Shown piece by piece: positions 1-8,794 of a DNA stretch of 42,758 bases. The position numbers and the translations under genes are program-made. A model generated the notes under the pieces. It did not search any database, was not told the origin of the DNA, and worked only from the letters and a program-made list of their open reading frames with translations. Each line of letters starts with the position of its first letter. Positions within the stretch are counted from its first letter, which is position 1. The DNA is taken from assembly GCA_021817705.1 (NCBI GenBank), contig JAKAGB010000002.1, positions 1 to 42,758 of the forward strand. Direction: 5' to 3'. Source of the DNA: a bacterium (GTDB lineage: Bacteria > Patescibacteriota > Minisyncoccia > Phycocordibacterales > Phycocordibacteraceae).

Positions 1-67
1 GCTTCTTCGAGAGTGGTTCGCCGCTTGCGAACAGGAGTGCTTCAATAGCCGCCGGAGGCGTAATCAT
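1..67 (-). CDS. scpB: SMC-Scp complex subunit ScpB, N-terminal fragment (runs off window start)
   Basis: Manual translation from ATG at 67: MITPPAAIEALLFASGEPLSKK, matching the ScpB N-terminal IEALLF..GEPL signature; lies downstream of scpA; TAGAAT at 74-79. Confidence 0.85.
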   Translation of the reverse strand, partial: MITPPAAIEALLFASGEPLSKK

Positions 68-159
68 TCCCCCATTCTAGCCGCTCATTTCCCCTCCGGC
101 AACGCGCGGGGTGGGTATGGAACAGGTGTCAGAGATTAGGGTAAGGTTTCAGAAGGCCA

Positions 160-190
160 ATAAAAAAACGGCGGGATATATCCCGCCGTC
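160..190 (-). terminator. Intrinsic terminator of the 205-468 orphan gene
   Basis: Stem ACGGCGGGA-TATA-TCCCGCCGT followed by a T7 run on the minus strand. Confidence 0.8.
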
Positions 191-204
191 AAGAATGCAC
201 AGCC

Positions 205-468
205 TCAACGTCGTGTAATGGTCGTCATTAACGCGCGAGCTGTCTTCTCGTTACTTTCTGCGATGGTGCGCAACGCGTCAGACGCTTTCGGACCGCTCTG
301 GACGGCGCCGAGAAGCATAAGCATGAAGGCATGAATCTGTATCTCGATTTCTCCCAGAACCACTCGGCGCAACTGATTTGGCAAGGCGTCCAAATTTGCC
401 GCGAGGTCTTCGGGTAATTCCCAGTCGAGGCTGCCAACGTGTTCGTCAGTGTAGTTGATGACCTGCAT
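205..468 (-). CDS. Hypothetical protein (87 aa), solitary cassette between scpA and scpB
   Basis: ORF with GGAGG SD (474-478), own promoter and terminator; no recognisable motif. Confidence 0.7.
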   Translation of the reverse strand: MQVINYTDEHVGSLDWELPEDLAANLDALPNQLRRVVLGEIEIQIHAFMLMLLGAVQSGPKASDALRTIAESNEKTARALMTTITRR

Positions 469-518
469 TGATTCCTCCGTCGGATTGACGAGAGCAGCTC
501 GTCGTTCATCCGGAGGCT

Positions 519-547
519 AACATAGCATATGCAGTTGTAAATGTCAA
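519..547 (-). promoter_or_regulatory. Sigma70-type promoter TTGACA-17-TATGTT with extended TG
   Basis: Minus strand reads TTGACA tttacaactgcatatgc TATGTT. Confidence 0.7.
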
Positions 548-562
548 GCCTTCCCAAAAACG

Positions 563-1303
563 CTACCCGTACCGAGGGGTAGCAGCCGCCGTGTTTGAAA
601 TGCGAATATCGCCGTACTGCTCGAACTGTTCGGCAGCGACGGCGCCCTGCTTGACGAGCTCAAGGAGCGCAAGGAACGAGACGATGACCTCTACCTTCTC
701 TCTTGCGGTGCCGGCAAATTCTTTGAACGACAGATTCATGGCTGTTTGCACGCGCTTTGCGAGCCGGTCCATCATTTCTTCGATGGTGACCATCGGCTTC
801 ACGCGGGCTTCGGGGAGTTTTTCTACCGCTTCGCGCGCGGCAAGCACGCGCGCGAGTGCTTCGGCAAGCGCCTCCTTGGTGAGGTCTTTGGCGGGCGCGA
901 ACACGGGCTCGGGTACGCGCTCACCCGCGTTCACCATTACGTTTTTGCCAAAAAGGCGGCCGAGCTCTTTGGCGGCCTCGCGCACTTTTTCGTATGCTTC
1001 GAGGCGCTTCTTCAGGTCGTCCACATCGCCCTGCTCTTCTTCGGTCAAGGAGAGGTCGGGGATGAGCGACTTGGATTTTATGAGAAGCAGCGTGGCGGCT
1101 ATCTGGATGAAATTCGCGGTCTCTTCCACCGGGAACGCTTCTTGCGCGCGCACATGCTGAATGAAGTCGTCCGTGATTGAGGCGAGCGCGAGGTCGTTCA
1201 CCAAAAGCTTCCGTGCTTCGATGAGGTCGAGCACCAGCTCGAACGGCCCCTGGAATCCGTCGGTCTTGATCGAAAAGCCGGTTTTAAGCGTCGTCGGGTT
1301 CAT
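563..1303 (-). CDS. scpA: Segregation/condensation protein A (kleisin)
   Basis: FQGPFELVLDLI N-terminal motif, AATLLLIKSKSLIP, C-terminal SFLALLELVKQG...Q...YGDI. Confidence 0.95.
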   Translation of the reverse strand: MNPTTLKTGFSIKTDGFQGPFELVLDLIEARKLLVNDLALASITDDFIQHVRAQEAFPVEETANFIQIAATLLLIKSKSLIPDLSLTEEEQGDVDDLKKRLEAYEKVREAAKELGRLFGKNVMVNAGERVPEPVFAPAKDLTKEALAEALARVLAAREAVEKLPEARVKPMVTIEEMMDRLAKRVQTAMNLSFKEFAGTAREKVEVIVSFLALLELVKQGAVAAEQFEQYGDIRISNTAAATPRYG

Positions 1304-2633
1304 TCGTATCGTCGGGAATGGAACCGGAAAGGAGGACGTCGATGCGGTTCATGTCGCGCGGGAAGAGCGTAGCCTCTTTTACGTTCTCGAGGCCGAGGTA
1401 CTTCTGCGTGAGACGCTCGAGACCCATACCGATGCCGCCGTGCGGCGGAAGGCCGTACTTGAAGGCCATGAGGTAGAACGAGAACTTTTCCGGGTCGAGG
1501 CCCTTGGCGCGGATTTTCTCCACCAGCATGTCGTAGTCGTGCACGCGCTGGCTGCCCGAAAGGATTTCGACGCCGCGGAAGAGGAGGTCGAAGCTCTTCG
1601 TGAAGCCGGGGTCGGCCTCGTCTTCCATCGTGTAGAACGGGCGCTTCGAAACCGGATAGTGCGTGACGAATACGAAGTCGCTCCCCTTTTCTTTGGCCGC
1701 CCATGAAGAGAGCTTGCGTTCGTGCTCGGGCTCGAGGTCAGGTTCGGTTTCGGAAACGCCAAGGATGCGCTGCGCCTCGCGCAGTTTTACTACCGGGAAT
1801 GACTCCGGCACGAGAGGGAGCGTCGCGCCGCAAGTCGCGAACGCTGCCGCGGAACGTTCGCCGAGGCGCTTCGTTATGTACTTCAGCGCGCCTTCTATCA
1901 TGCGCATCACGTCCGTATGGTCGTTAATGAAGCCCATTTCGAAGTCGAGCATGGAAATTTCGTTCAGGTGGCGCGTCGTGGCGTGCTTTTCTGCGCGAAA
2001 CTGCGGACCCGCGGCGTACACGCGCTCGAACGCGCCCACCATCATCTGCTTGTAGAGCTGCGGCGACGTGGCAAGGTACGCGGACTTGTCCTTGAAATAT
2101 TCCACCTTGAAGACGCCCGCACCGCCCTCGGCGTCGTCGCCCACGAGCTTCGGCGCCTGGAATTCGGTGAAGCCTTCGGCGTTCAGATATTCGCGGAAGC
2201 CGGCGAGAATCTCGTGCTGTACGGCGAAGATGGCGCGTTCGCGCGCGCGGCGTACCGTGAGGGGGCGGTAGTCGAGCAAGGTGTCGAGGTTGAGGTCGGC
2301 GTCGTCGGCAAACGGCAAGGGTTCCGCGCGCGAAAGGATTTCGATGCTGAGCACTTCGAGTTCGATGCTGCCGTTCTGCTTGCCTGCCTGCACGTTCTTT
2401 TCCGGGCGCTGGTTCACTTTGCCTAAGACGCGCACCACGTATTCGCCGCGGCACTCCTTGGCTGCGTCCATAGCCGCAGAGCCGGGGAGCACGACGCCCT
2501 GAACGAATCCAGAGCGGTCGCGGAAGTCGAAGAACACCATCTTGCCCTGGTCGCGCCGCACGTCTACGGAGCCGGCAATGGAAACCTCTGCGCCCACGTG
2601 CGCGGACAGATCGGCTATGAGGGTTCGTTCCAT
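1284..2633 (-). CDS. aspS: Aspartate--tRNA(Asp/Asn) ligase, short non-discriminating type
   Basis: OB-fold N-terminus, YLATSPQLYKQ, motif 2 FRAE, motif 3 PPHGGIGMGLERL; 449 aa, lacks the bacterial insertion domain. Confidence 0.93.
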   Translation of the reverse strand: MERTLIADLSAHVGAEVSIAGSVDVRRDQGKMVFFDFRDRSGFVQGVVLPGSAAMDAAKECRGEYVVRVLGKVNQRPEKNVQAGKQNGSIELEVLSIEILSRAEPLPFADDADLNLDTLLDYRPLTVRRARERAIFAVQHEILAGFREYLNAEGFTEFQAPKLVGDDAEGGAGVFKVEYFKDKSAYLATSPQLYKQMMVGAFERVYAAGPQFRAEKHATTRHLNEISMLDFEMGFINDHTDVMRMIEGALKYITKRLGERSAAAFATCGATLPLVPESFPVVKLREAQRILGVSETEPDLEPEHERKLSSWAAKEKGSDFVFVTHYPVSKRPFYTMEDEADPGFTKSFDLLFRGVEILSGSQRVHDYDMLVEKIRAKGLDPEKFSFYLMAFKYGLPPHGGIGMGLERLTQKYLGLENVKEATLFPRDMNRIDVLLSGSIPDDTNEPDDA

Positions 2634-2650
2634 GGCGTATAAAATACCAC

Positions 2651-2682
2651 AAAAAAGAAGACCCGCGCAGGTCGTGCGCGGG
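2651..2682 (-). terminator. Intrinsic terminator of the 2691-2978 gene
   Basis: CCCGCGCA/TGCGCGGG stem followed by TCTTCTTTTTT on the minus strand. Confidence 0.75.
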
Positions 2683-2690
2683 CAGATTCT

Positions 2691-2978
2691 TCACCATTTT
2701 TTACTCTCAACATGCCAGTACACATGCGAGGTGCGGAAGCCGTACGATCCTTCAGTCGCTGGGACTTCATCCGACTCGATCCGGTCGACAATGAAATTGA
2801 CCGTATAGCGATATTCCTTCAGAATTCGCTGCTCACATTTTTTCAACTCGGATTGAATCCTTCCACCAGCATTGTCCAAGCTTTGGTCAATCTGGTATGG
2901 GGTACGGCCATCGCGGGGGCTGAACCACGGCAATGTGACACGAATGATCTCCACGCCGGAGTCTATGATGGTGTGCAC
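2691..2978 (-). CDS. Hypothetical protein (95 aa), solitary cassette between trpS and aspS
   Basis: GTG start with GAGGAG SD (2985-2990); promoter TTGCGT-17-TACATT (3033-3005) overlapping the trpS end; visibly lower GC. Confidence 0.65.
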   Translation of the reverse strand: MHTIIDSGVEIIRVTLPWFSPRDGRTPYQIDQSLDNAGGRIQSELKKCEQRILKEYRYTVNFIVDRIESDEVPATEGSYGFRTSHVYWHVESKKW

Positions 2979-3025
2979 AGCGCTCTCCTCTCAAATCCGC
3001 GAGGAATGTACCACCGAACAATGGC

Positions 3026-3964
3026 TCACGCAACGCCCACGGCCTTGCGCACTTTTTCCATCTTGGCCTCGGAAACCGCGCGGGCTTGTCGGCCGCCGTC
3101 TTCAAGCACGGCGGCAACGTCTGCGCTCGTGATGCTCGCGCGCTTTTCGCGCATGGGCGCAAGGTATCGGTCGAGGTCTTCAATAAGCATTTCTTTGAGC
3201 GCTTTGTAGTTGCCCTGGTTACTTCCATATATGGAAGTGAGTTCGGTCTCGTCGCGCACGAGCTTGTGGATGGCGTAGACGTTTTCGGGGCGGTCGCCCG
3301 AAGAGTCCGTCACGATGCTCATGACGGCTTTCGCGAGCTCGTCCTTGGTGCCGAAGAGCGGTACGGTGTTCTTGTAGCTCTTACTCATCTTCTTGCCGTC
3401 AGTGCCCGGTACGACGCCAACGCCGGACAGGATCTTTTCCTTCGGTTCCTTAAAGAGTTCGCCGTAGGTGTTGTTGAATTTTACGGCTGCCTCGCGTGCG
3501 TACTCGACATGCTGGCGCTGGTCTTCGCCTACGGGCACCACGTCGGTGTCGTAGAGCAGGATGTCCGCTGCCATGAGCATGGGGTACGTGAAGAGTCCGG
3601 CGTTCGCTTCGAGCCCCTTCGCGACTTTGTCTTTGTACGCATGCCCCTGCATAAGAAATGGCACAGAAACGAGGCAGTCGAAAATCCACGCGAGCTCGGT
3701 GTGCGCCGGCACAGTGGACTGTTTGAATATGATCGCTTTCTTCGGGTCGACGCCGGACGCGAGATAATCCTTCACCACCTCGACGATATTCTTCCGCACC
3801 GCCTCGGGGTCTTTGAGCGAAGTGAGCGCGTGGTAGTCGGCCACCATGAGGTAGCTGTCGTATGCTTCGTAGAGGTCGACGAACGGTTTGATGGCGCCGA
3901 AGTAATTACCGATGTGGAGTTCGCCGGAGGACTGCAGGCCGGTAAGGAGTACGGGCTTATTCAT
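3026..3964 (-). CDS. trpS: Tryptophan--tRNA ligase
   Basis: HIGN and KMSKS motifs, YPMLMAADILLY, VPVGEDQRQH. Confidence 0.97.
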   Translation of the reverse strand: MNKPVLLTGLQSSGELHIGNYFGAIKPFVDLYEAYDSYLMVADYHALTSLKDPEAVRKNIVEVVKDYLASGVDPKKAIIFKQSTVPAHTELAWIFDCLVSVPFLMQGHAYKDKVAKGLEANAGLFTYPMLMAADILLYDTDVVPVGEDQRQHVEYAREAAVKFNNTYGELFKEPKEKILSGVGVVPGTDGKKMSKSYKNTVPLFGTKDELAKAVMSIVTDSSGDRPENVYAIHKLVRDETELTSIYGSNQGNYKALKEMLIEDLDRYLAPMREKRASITSADVAAVLEDGGRQARAVSEAKMEKVRKAVGVA

Positions 3965-3984
3965 GCGGACACAATAGCACGATT

Positions 3985-4070
3985 TGGTGCGCCGGGTTGG
4001 ATTCGAACCAACGTAGCCCGAAGGCGACAGGTTTACAGCCTGTTGTAATTGACCACTCTACCACCGACGC
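3985..4070 (-). tRNA. tRNA-Tyr (GTA), CCA encoded
   Basis: Cloverleaf: acceptor GCGTCGG/CCGGCGC, anticodon arm ACAGG-CTGTAAA-CCTGT, long variable arm, GGTTCGAATCC T-arm, ACCA end; immediately downstream of tyrS. Confidence 0.95.
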
Positions 4071-4099
4071 GAACCGTCGCAGTATACCGCGCCGACCGA

Positions 4100-5353
4100 T
4101 TATTTCAAAACGATGATGAGGACGCCGCGAGCGCCTTTGCGGACGAGTGCCGAGCCGTGGGAAAGGTCGCCCGGGTAGAGTTTTTGGTCGGGGTCTTCGA
4201 TGGTTTGGCCGGAGAGCGTGATGCCCCTCCCTTCTATAAGGCGGCGCGCATCGCCCTTCGAGCTTGCGAGGCCACCCGTAACCATGGCCTCGGCGAGCGA
4301 GAAGCCGTCGGCGAGCTCGCGAGTGCTGAGCGCGACGGTGGGCGCCTCGCCGAGCGCGGCCGCACGCGCTTCGCGCGAAAGTTCCTGCCAGGGCGTGTCG
4401 CCATACAAGGCGTCGGTGGCCGCGACCGCGCCGGCAACTGCTCCCGCGCCGTGCACGATTTCGGTGACGAGCCGTGCCAAGGTCTCTTGCGCCTCTCGTT
4501 CCTGGGGCGCGCGGCGGTGCAGCTCCATGAGCGCGTCAATCTCGTGAAGCGAGAGGAAGGTGTAGACCTTCAGGTATTGCTCGATGTTGGCGTCGGGAAG
4601 ATTCAACCAGAATTGGTAGAACTTGAATGGCGAGGTCTTCTTGGGGTCGAGCCAGACCGCATTGCCTTCGCTCTTGCCAAACTTCTTGCCGGCGGCGTCG
4701 GTGATGAGCGGGAAGGTGAACGCGAACGCTTCTTTGCCGGACTTCTTGCGGATGAGGTCGACGCCCGAGAGCACGTTCGTCCACTGGTCGCTGCCGCCAA
4801 TCTGCATCGTGCAGCCATACTTAGCGTTCAGCTCGAGGAAGTCGTATGCCTGGAGGAGCGCATAGGTGAACTCGGTGTACGAGATGCTCTCATCGGGCGT
4901 CTCGAGACGCTTCTTGATGAGCTCGCGCTTTATGAGGTCGTTTACCGTAAAGTGTTTTCCGATGTCGCGCAGGAACGGGATGAGGCGCACTTTCGTGAGC
5001 CAGTCGGCATTGTCGACCATACGGAACGAGACGCGGCCGAGGAGGCCTTTCAATTGGCGTTTTAGCGCGCGCGAGTTCGTGGCGAGCGTGCGCTCGTCAA
5101 GGAGGCTGCGTTCGCCCTTTTCCTTCGGGTCGCCGATCATGCCCGTGCCGCCGCCTACCAAGAATATGAGCTTGTGCCCCGCATTGCCGAGCCGCTTCAT
5201 GAGGAGGATGGGCACGAGGTGGCCGACGTGGAGCGAGTCGGCTGTCGGGTCGATGCCGAGGTATACCGTGCGCGGCTCCGCGAGCATGCGATCGAGCTCG
5301 GTCGAGGTATCTACCGCAAGCCCGCGGCCTTTCAGTTCTTCGGCGAGTGTCAT
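4100..5353 (-). CDS. tyrS: Tyrosine--tRNA ligase
   Basis: GIDPTADSLHVGH, QIGGSDQW, KFGKS, C-terminal S4-like domain; start placed 7 nt after TAGAAT. Confidence 0.97.
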   Translation of the reverse strand: MTLAEELKGRGLAVDTSTELDRMLAEPRTVYLGIDPTADSLHVGHLVPILLMKRLGNAGHKLIFLVGGGTGMIGDPKEKGERSLLDERTLATNSRALKRQLKGLLGRVSFRMVDNADWLTKVRLIPFLRDIGKHFTVNDLIKRELIKKRLETPDESISYTEFTYALLQAYDFLELNAKYGCTMQIGGSDQWTNVLSGVDLIRKKSGKEAFAFTFPLITDAAGKKFGKSEGNAVWLDPKKTSPFKFYQFWLNLPDANIEQYLKVYTFLSLHEIDALMELHRRAPQEREAQETLARLVTEIVHGAGAVAGAVAATDALYGDTPWQELSREARAAALGEAPTVALSTRELADGFSLAEAMVTGGLASSKGDARRLIEGRGITLSGQTIEDPDQKLYPGDLSHGSALVRKGARGVLIIVLK

Positions 5354-5369
5354 GGCGACCATTCTAGCA

Positions 5370-7163
5370 TTATTCGTGGAGGCCGATGTGGAGCTCGTAG
5401 AGCCGGCGGTAGATGCCGTTCGGGAGCGTGAGGAGTTCTTCGTGCGTGCCGCGCTCAGTAATCTTCCCGTCTTTAAGCACGAGGATGAGGTTCGCCTTAC
5501 GCACCGTGGAAAGACGATGCGCCACTATGAAGGTGGTGCGGCCATGCATGAGCTCTTCGAGCGCTTTACTAATGTACTGTTCGGTCTCCGGGTCGAGCGC
5601 GCTCGTGGGTTCGTCCAAGATGAGGATGCGCGGATTGCGCAGCATCGCTCGCGCGATGGCGATGCGCTGCTTCTGCCCCACCGAGAGCTTCACGCCGCGC
5701 TCGCCCACCTCCTGCGCGTAGCCGTTTTGAAATTTTGCAATGAATGCATCGGCGTGCGCGCGTTCGGCCGCGCGGTGCACCTCTTCGTCGCTTGCCTCCG
5801 GGCGGCCGTAGCGGATGTTGTCGGCTATCGAGGCATTGAAAAGCACGACCTCCTGCGGCACTACGGCGATCTGAGAGCGCAGCTCCGTGAGTGAGAGGCG
5901 ACGGATGTCGTGGCCGTCTATTTCCACTGTGCCCTCCGTCGGGAAGTAGTAGCCGGAGATGAGCTCGGTGGTGGTGGATTTGCCGACGCCGGTCTCCCCG
6001 ACGAGCGCCACCGACTGCCCCGCGCGCGCCTCGAACGAGATGCCTGCCAAGATTTCGCGGCCTTTCGGTTCATAGCGGAAGTGCACTCCCTTGAAGCCCA
6101 CGTTGCCCTGCAATACGCCGAGCGGTTCGGTGTCTTTCGGCGCGTAGACCTCGCTCGGCGTCGCGAATATCTTCTCGACGCGTGCCACGGCCACGAGCCC
6201 GTTCTGGAGCGTCTGCCACTGGTTGCCAAGCGCGACGAACGGCCCGATTATCATCCCCGCGTACGCGTTGAACGCGATGAGCTCGCCTATGGTGATGGCG
6301 CCGCTCGTCACGTAGTAAACGGAAAAGAGCAGAATGAGCCCCTGCACTCCGGCAACGATGATGCGCTGCGCGAAGGTCATGTTGCTCCACGCCACTTCGA
6401 GCCGGTACCAGAGCGGAATTGCCTTCGCATGAAATCCGGCGCGGATGCGCTCGCCCTCGTACGCCTCTGCGCCTGCCTGTTTTACGGTCTGGAAGTTCGC
6501 GTACGCGTCTTGCGCATCGCCCGCAGTGCGATTCCATATATTGAACGCTTCCATCTGCACGCGGCTCGTGGCCGGCAAAATAGCGACAAGGATGACAACG
6601 TAGAGCGCAATGCCCGCAACCATAAGAAGTGCGAGCTGCGGGAGGATGAGGAACGATATGACGATACCGATGAGGATGGTGAGGAATTGCGGCGCGAGCG
6701 AGGTGATGGTTCCCGTGAGCGCCGAAAGCATCCACGCGGCGCGGCTGATGGTCTCGGTTATCTCGCCCGCGCGCGCCTTCTTGAAGAACCCGAGCGGCAC
6801 GGTAAGCAGGTGCGCGTACGCGCGAGCCTGTATGCCCGCTTCGAGTTCGGTGGTGAGCCGACGGGTGCGTCGGTCGATGACCCACGACACGCCGCTCACG
6901 AACACCTGAATGACGACCCATGCGGCGATGAGCGCTTCCCAGAACGGCACGCTGCCCGCATAGGGCAGCACAAGCATGCGCGGCGTGATGAGGCCGTCGA
7001 AGAAACGACCGGTGATGTACGGCACGACGCCATTGCCGATGGCGGTGAGGATTTCGAGAACCGAAAGGAAGATGAGCGTGCTCCTGTATGGCGTAAGCTG
7101 GCGCGCAAGCGCTGCTTTTTTCTGCTGCCACGTAAAGGACTCTTTCCGCTCGGGCGCGGTCAT
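5370..7163 (-). CDS. ABC exporter, fused permease/ATP-binding (MsbA-like)
   Basis: Multi-TM N-terminal domain; Walker A GETGVGKS, LSVGQKQR signature, ILILDEPTSALD, AHRLST; start placed at MTAPERK, 6 nt after TACAAT. Confidence 0.93.
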   Translation of the reverse strand: MTAPERKESFTWQQKKAALARQLTPYRSTLIFLSVLEILTAIGNGVVPYITGRFFDGLITPRMLVLPYAGSVPFWEALIAAWVVIQVFVSGVSWVIDRRTRRLTTELEAGIQARAYAHLLTVPLGFFKKARAGEITETISRAAWMLSALTGTITSLAPQFLTILIGIVISFLILPQLALLMVAGIALYVVILVAILPATSRVQMEAFNIWNRTAGDAQDAYANFQTVKQAGAEAYEGERIRAGFHAKAIPLWYRLEVAWSNMTFAQRIIVAGVQGLILLFSVYYVTSGAITIGELIAFNAYAGMIIGPFVALGNQWQTLQNGLVAVARVEKIFATPSEVYAPKDTEPLGVLQGNVGFKGVHFRYEPKGREILAGISFEARAGQSVALVGETGVGKSTTTELISGYYFPTEGTVEIDGHDIRRLSLTELRSQIAVVPQEVVLFNASIADNIRYGRPEASDEEVHRAAERAHADAFIAKFQNGYAQEVGERGVKLSVGQKQRIAIARAMLRNPRILILDEPTSALDPETEQYISKALEELMHGRTTFIVAHRLSTVRKANLILVLKDGKITERGTHEELLTLPNGIYRRLYELHIGLHE

Positions 7164-7187
7164 GTATGCATTGTACACCGCACACAT

Positions 7188-7216
7188 AAAGAAAACGCCG
7201 CCCTTTTGGGGCGGCG
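7188..7216 (-). terminator. Intrinsic terminator of the radical SAM gene
   Basis: CGCCGCCC/GGGCGGCG stem followed by TTTTCTTT on the minus strand. Confidence 0.75.
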
Positions 7217-7221
7217 GGTGT

Positions 7222-8136
7222 TTACCGAGGACCGTGCCCGGTGTGAGCGACGTAGTAATCCTCGAGAAACTGTCCGCACGAGGAGCCGATGTCGGCGCCT
7301 GGCGGAGCGTAGAACTCGGTCTTGATGCCGTTCTCCTCGAGCGCATTGCGGATACGTCTTACGCGCGGCGAAGGCGTCCAGGCACATTCCGGCTTCGGAT
7401 TGTACCGAAGGAATTTCACCGGCAGGTCGCGTCCCTTCAAGAGGCGGACGAGCTCGGCGACATCTTCCTCGCGATCGTTCTCGCCCTCGATGAGCGAGTA
7501 GTGCACCTCGGCGGAGTTGCCGGTCTCGTGCATGAACTCGCTCACGAGGCGGACGCTTTCTTCCACCGGACTCGCGTGCGGCATCATCTCTTTGCGCACC
7601 GCATCGAATGGCGAGTGCAGCGACCAATGGAATTTCATTGCAAGGCCGCGCGTGCGCACCGCCTCGGTGAAACGCCGCATGGCCGCCGGCACCGGGATGA
7701 TGGAGGCAACTGCGAATCGCACCGTTTCGTACGCGCCTGCATACCAGTCGCGAATGAGCTCGCACGACTCAATCACGTTGCGTGCGTTCAGAAGCGGCTC
7801 GCCGCAGCCCATGTACGAGATGAGCAGGACGTCGTTCGCGTCGGGGCGTATGAGCAGCCGCAGGTCTTCTACGACATACTTCACGCCGTCTGCGATCTCT
7901 TCGGGCGAAAGATTCCGCACCGCGAGGTCATAGTCGGTCAGGAAGCAGAATTTGCAGCCCATCCTGCACCCGGTCTGGGAAGGAACGCAGATGATGTCCT
8001 TTCCGTCCCGTTTGTCGATGAAGCTGAATTCAAGCACTTGTCCTTGCGACAGGAACACGTACTTGACGGTGTTGTCCTGCTGCGAATGGATCTTGTCGAT
8101 AAGGACAAAACCAGGGTGAATCTCGATGTGTTGCAT
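7222..8136 (-). CDS. RlmN/Cfr-family radical SAM RNA methyltransferase-like protein (304 aa)
   Basis: ICVPSQTGCRMGCKFC (CxxxCxxC), MGCGEPL, SLHS, C-terminal GADIGSSCGQ; GGGAGA SD before MQHIE. Confidence 0.85.
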   Translation of the reverse strand: MQHIEIHPGFVLIDKIHSQQDNTVKYVFLSQGQVLEFSFIDKRDGKDIICVPSQTGCRMGCKFCFLTDYDLAVRNLSPEEIADGVKYVVEDLRLLIRPDANDVLLISYMGCGEPLLNARNVIESCELIRDWYAGAYETVRFAVASIIPVPAAMRRFTEAVRTRGLAMKFHWSLHSPFDAVRKEMMPHASPVEESVRLVSEFMHETGNSAEVHYSLIEGENDREEDVAELVRLLKGRDLPVKFLRYNPKPECAWTPSPRVRRIRNALEENGIKTEFYAPPGADIGSSCGQFLEDYYVAHTGHGPR

Positions 8137-8174
8137 GGCACTTCTCCCTTTGCTGACACGAGCTTCCGAACGGG

Positions 8175-8204
8175 AATGTACCAAGATTCTGTGCTCCATG
8201 TCAA
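8175..8204 (-). promoter_or_regulatory. Sigma70-type promoter TTGACA-18-TACATT with extended TG
   Basis: Direct reading upstream of the radical SAM gene. Confidence 0.65.
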
Positions 8205-8219
8205 CCCGCCCGAAAACGG

Positions 8220-8750
8220 TTATCGAGCGAAGAAAAAGAGGCCGATGGCGGGGGCGGCGAACCAGTAGAAGAAGTATTGCGTCGGCGCAAAGAGCTGCGC
8301 GATGGTGGGCGTGAAGTGATAGACGTCGGTTACGGAGAACACGTGGTACGCGAGCGCGATGAGGAATGCCGCGCCCAGGGTCGCTAAGATGATGTGCCCG
8401 AAAAGGCCGATGTAGAGGAAGTCGGAAACGACGACGCGACGCAAGATGATGTAGAACACGAGCACGAGGCCGAAGTAGACCGCCGCGTGCGAGAGCACGG
8501 CCGTGAGCGCAGGCGCGGACGGCAGGAACGCGAGGTACGGGAACGCGGCATAAATGGCATAGCCGGCATAGAACGAAAGAAGGAGCGCCACAAAGGGGCC
8601 GCGGCCAACGTAGCGCGCAAAGAGGAAGAGCGCGCTCGCGAGGATGAGGAGCGCGAGCACGTTGCCGAGCACCGCATAGGCCGAAAGCGCCGTGTGCGTG
8701 GCGAGCGCGTTCATCTGATTGAGCGCGTCTTGGGCAGACGTGGCGGACAT
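8220..8750 (-). CDS. Multi-pass membrane protein (176 aa)
   Basis: About five hydrophobic helices; start MSATSAQ 6 nt after TACAAT; the upstream ORF extension overlaps dnaJ and was rejected. Confidence 0.8.
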   Translation of the reverse strand: MSATSAQDALNQMNALATHTALSAYAVLGNVLALLILASALFLFARYVGRGPFVALLLSFYAGYAIYAAFPYLAFLPSAPALTAVLSHAAVYFGLVLVFYIILRRVVVSDFLYIGLFGHIILATLGAAFLIALAYHVFSVTDVYHFTPTIAQLFAPTQYFFYWFAAPAIGLFFFAR

Positions 8751-8767
8751 GGACTCATTGTAGCGTA

Positions 8768-8790
8768 CGCGCGCCGCTCCGCGGCGCGCG
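8768..8790. repeat. 23-bp palindromic repeat, copy 1 (inverted, GGA loop)
   Basis: Reverse complement CGCGCGCCGCGGAGCGGCGCGCG; one mismatch to copies at 23786 and 26418. Confidence 0.7.
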
Positions 8791-8794
8791 CTGT

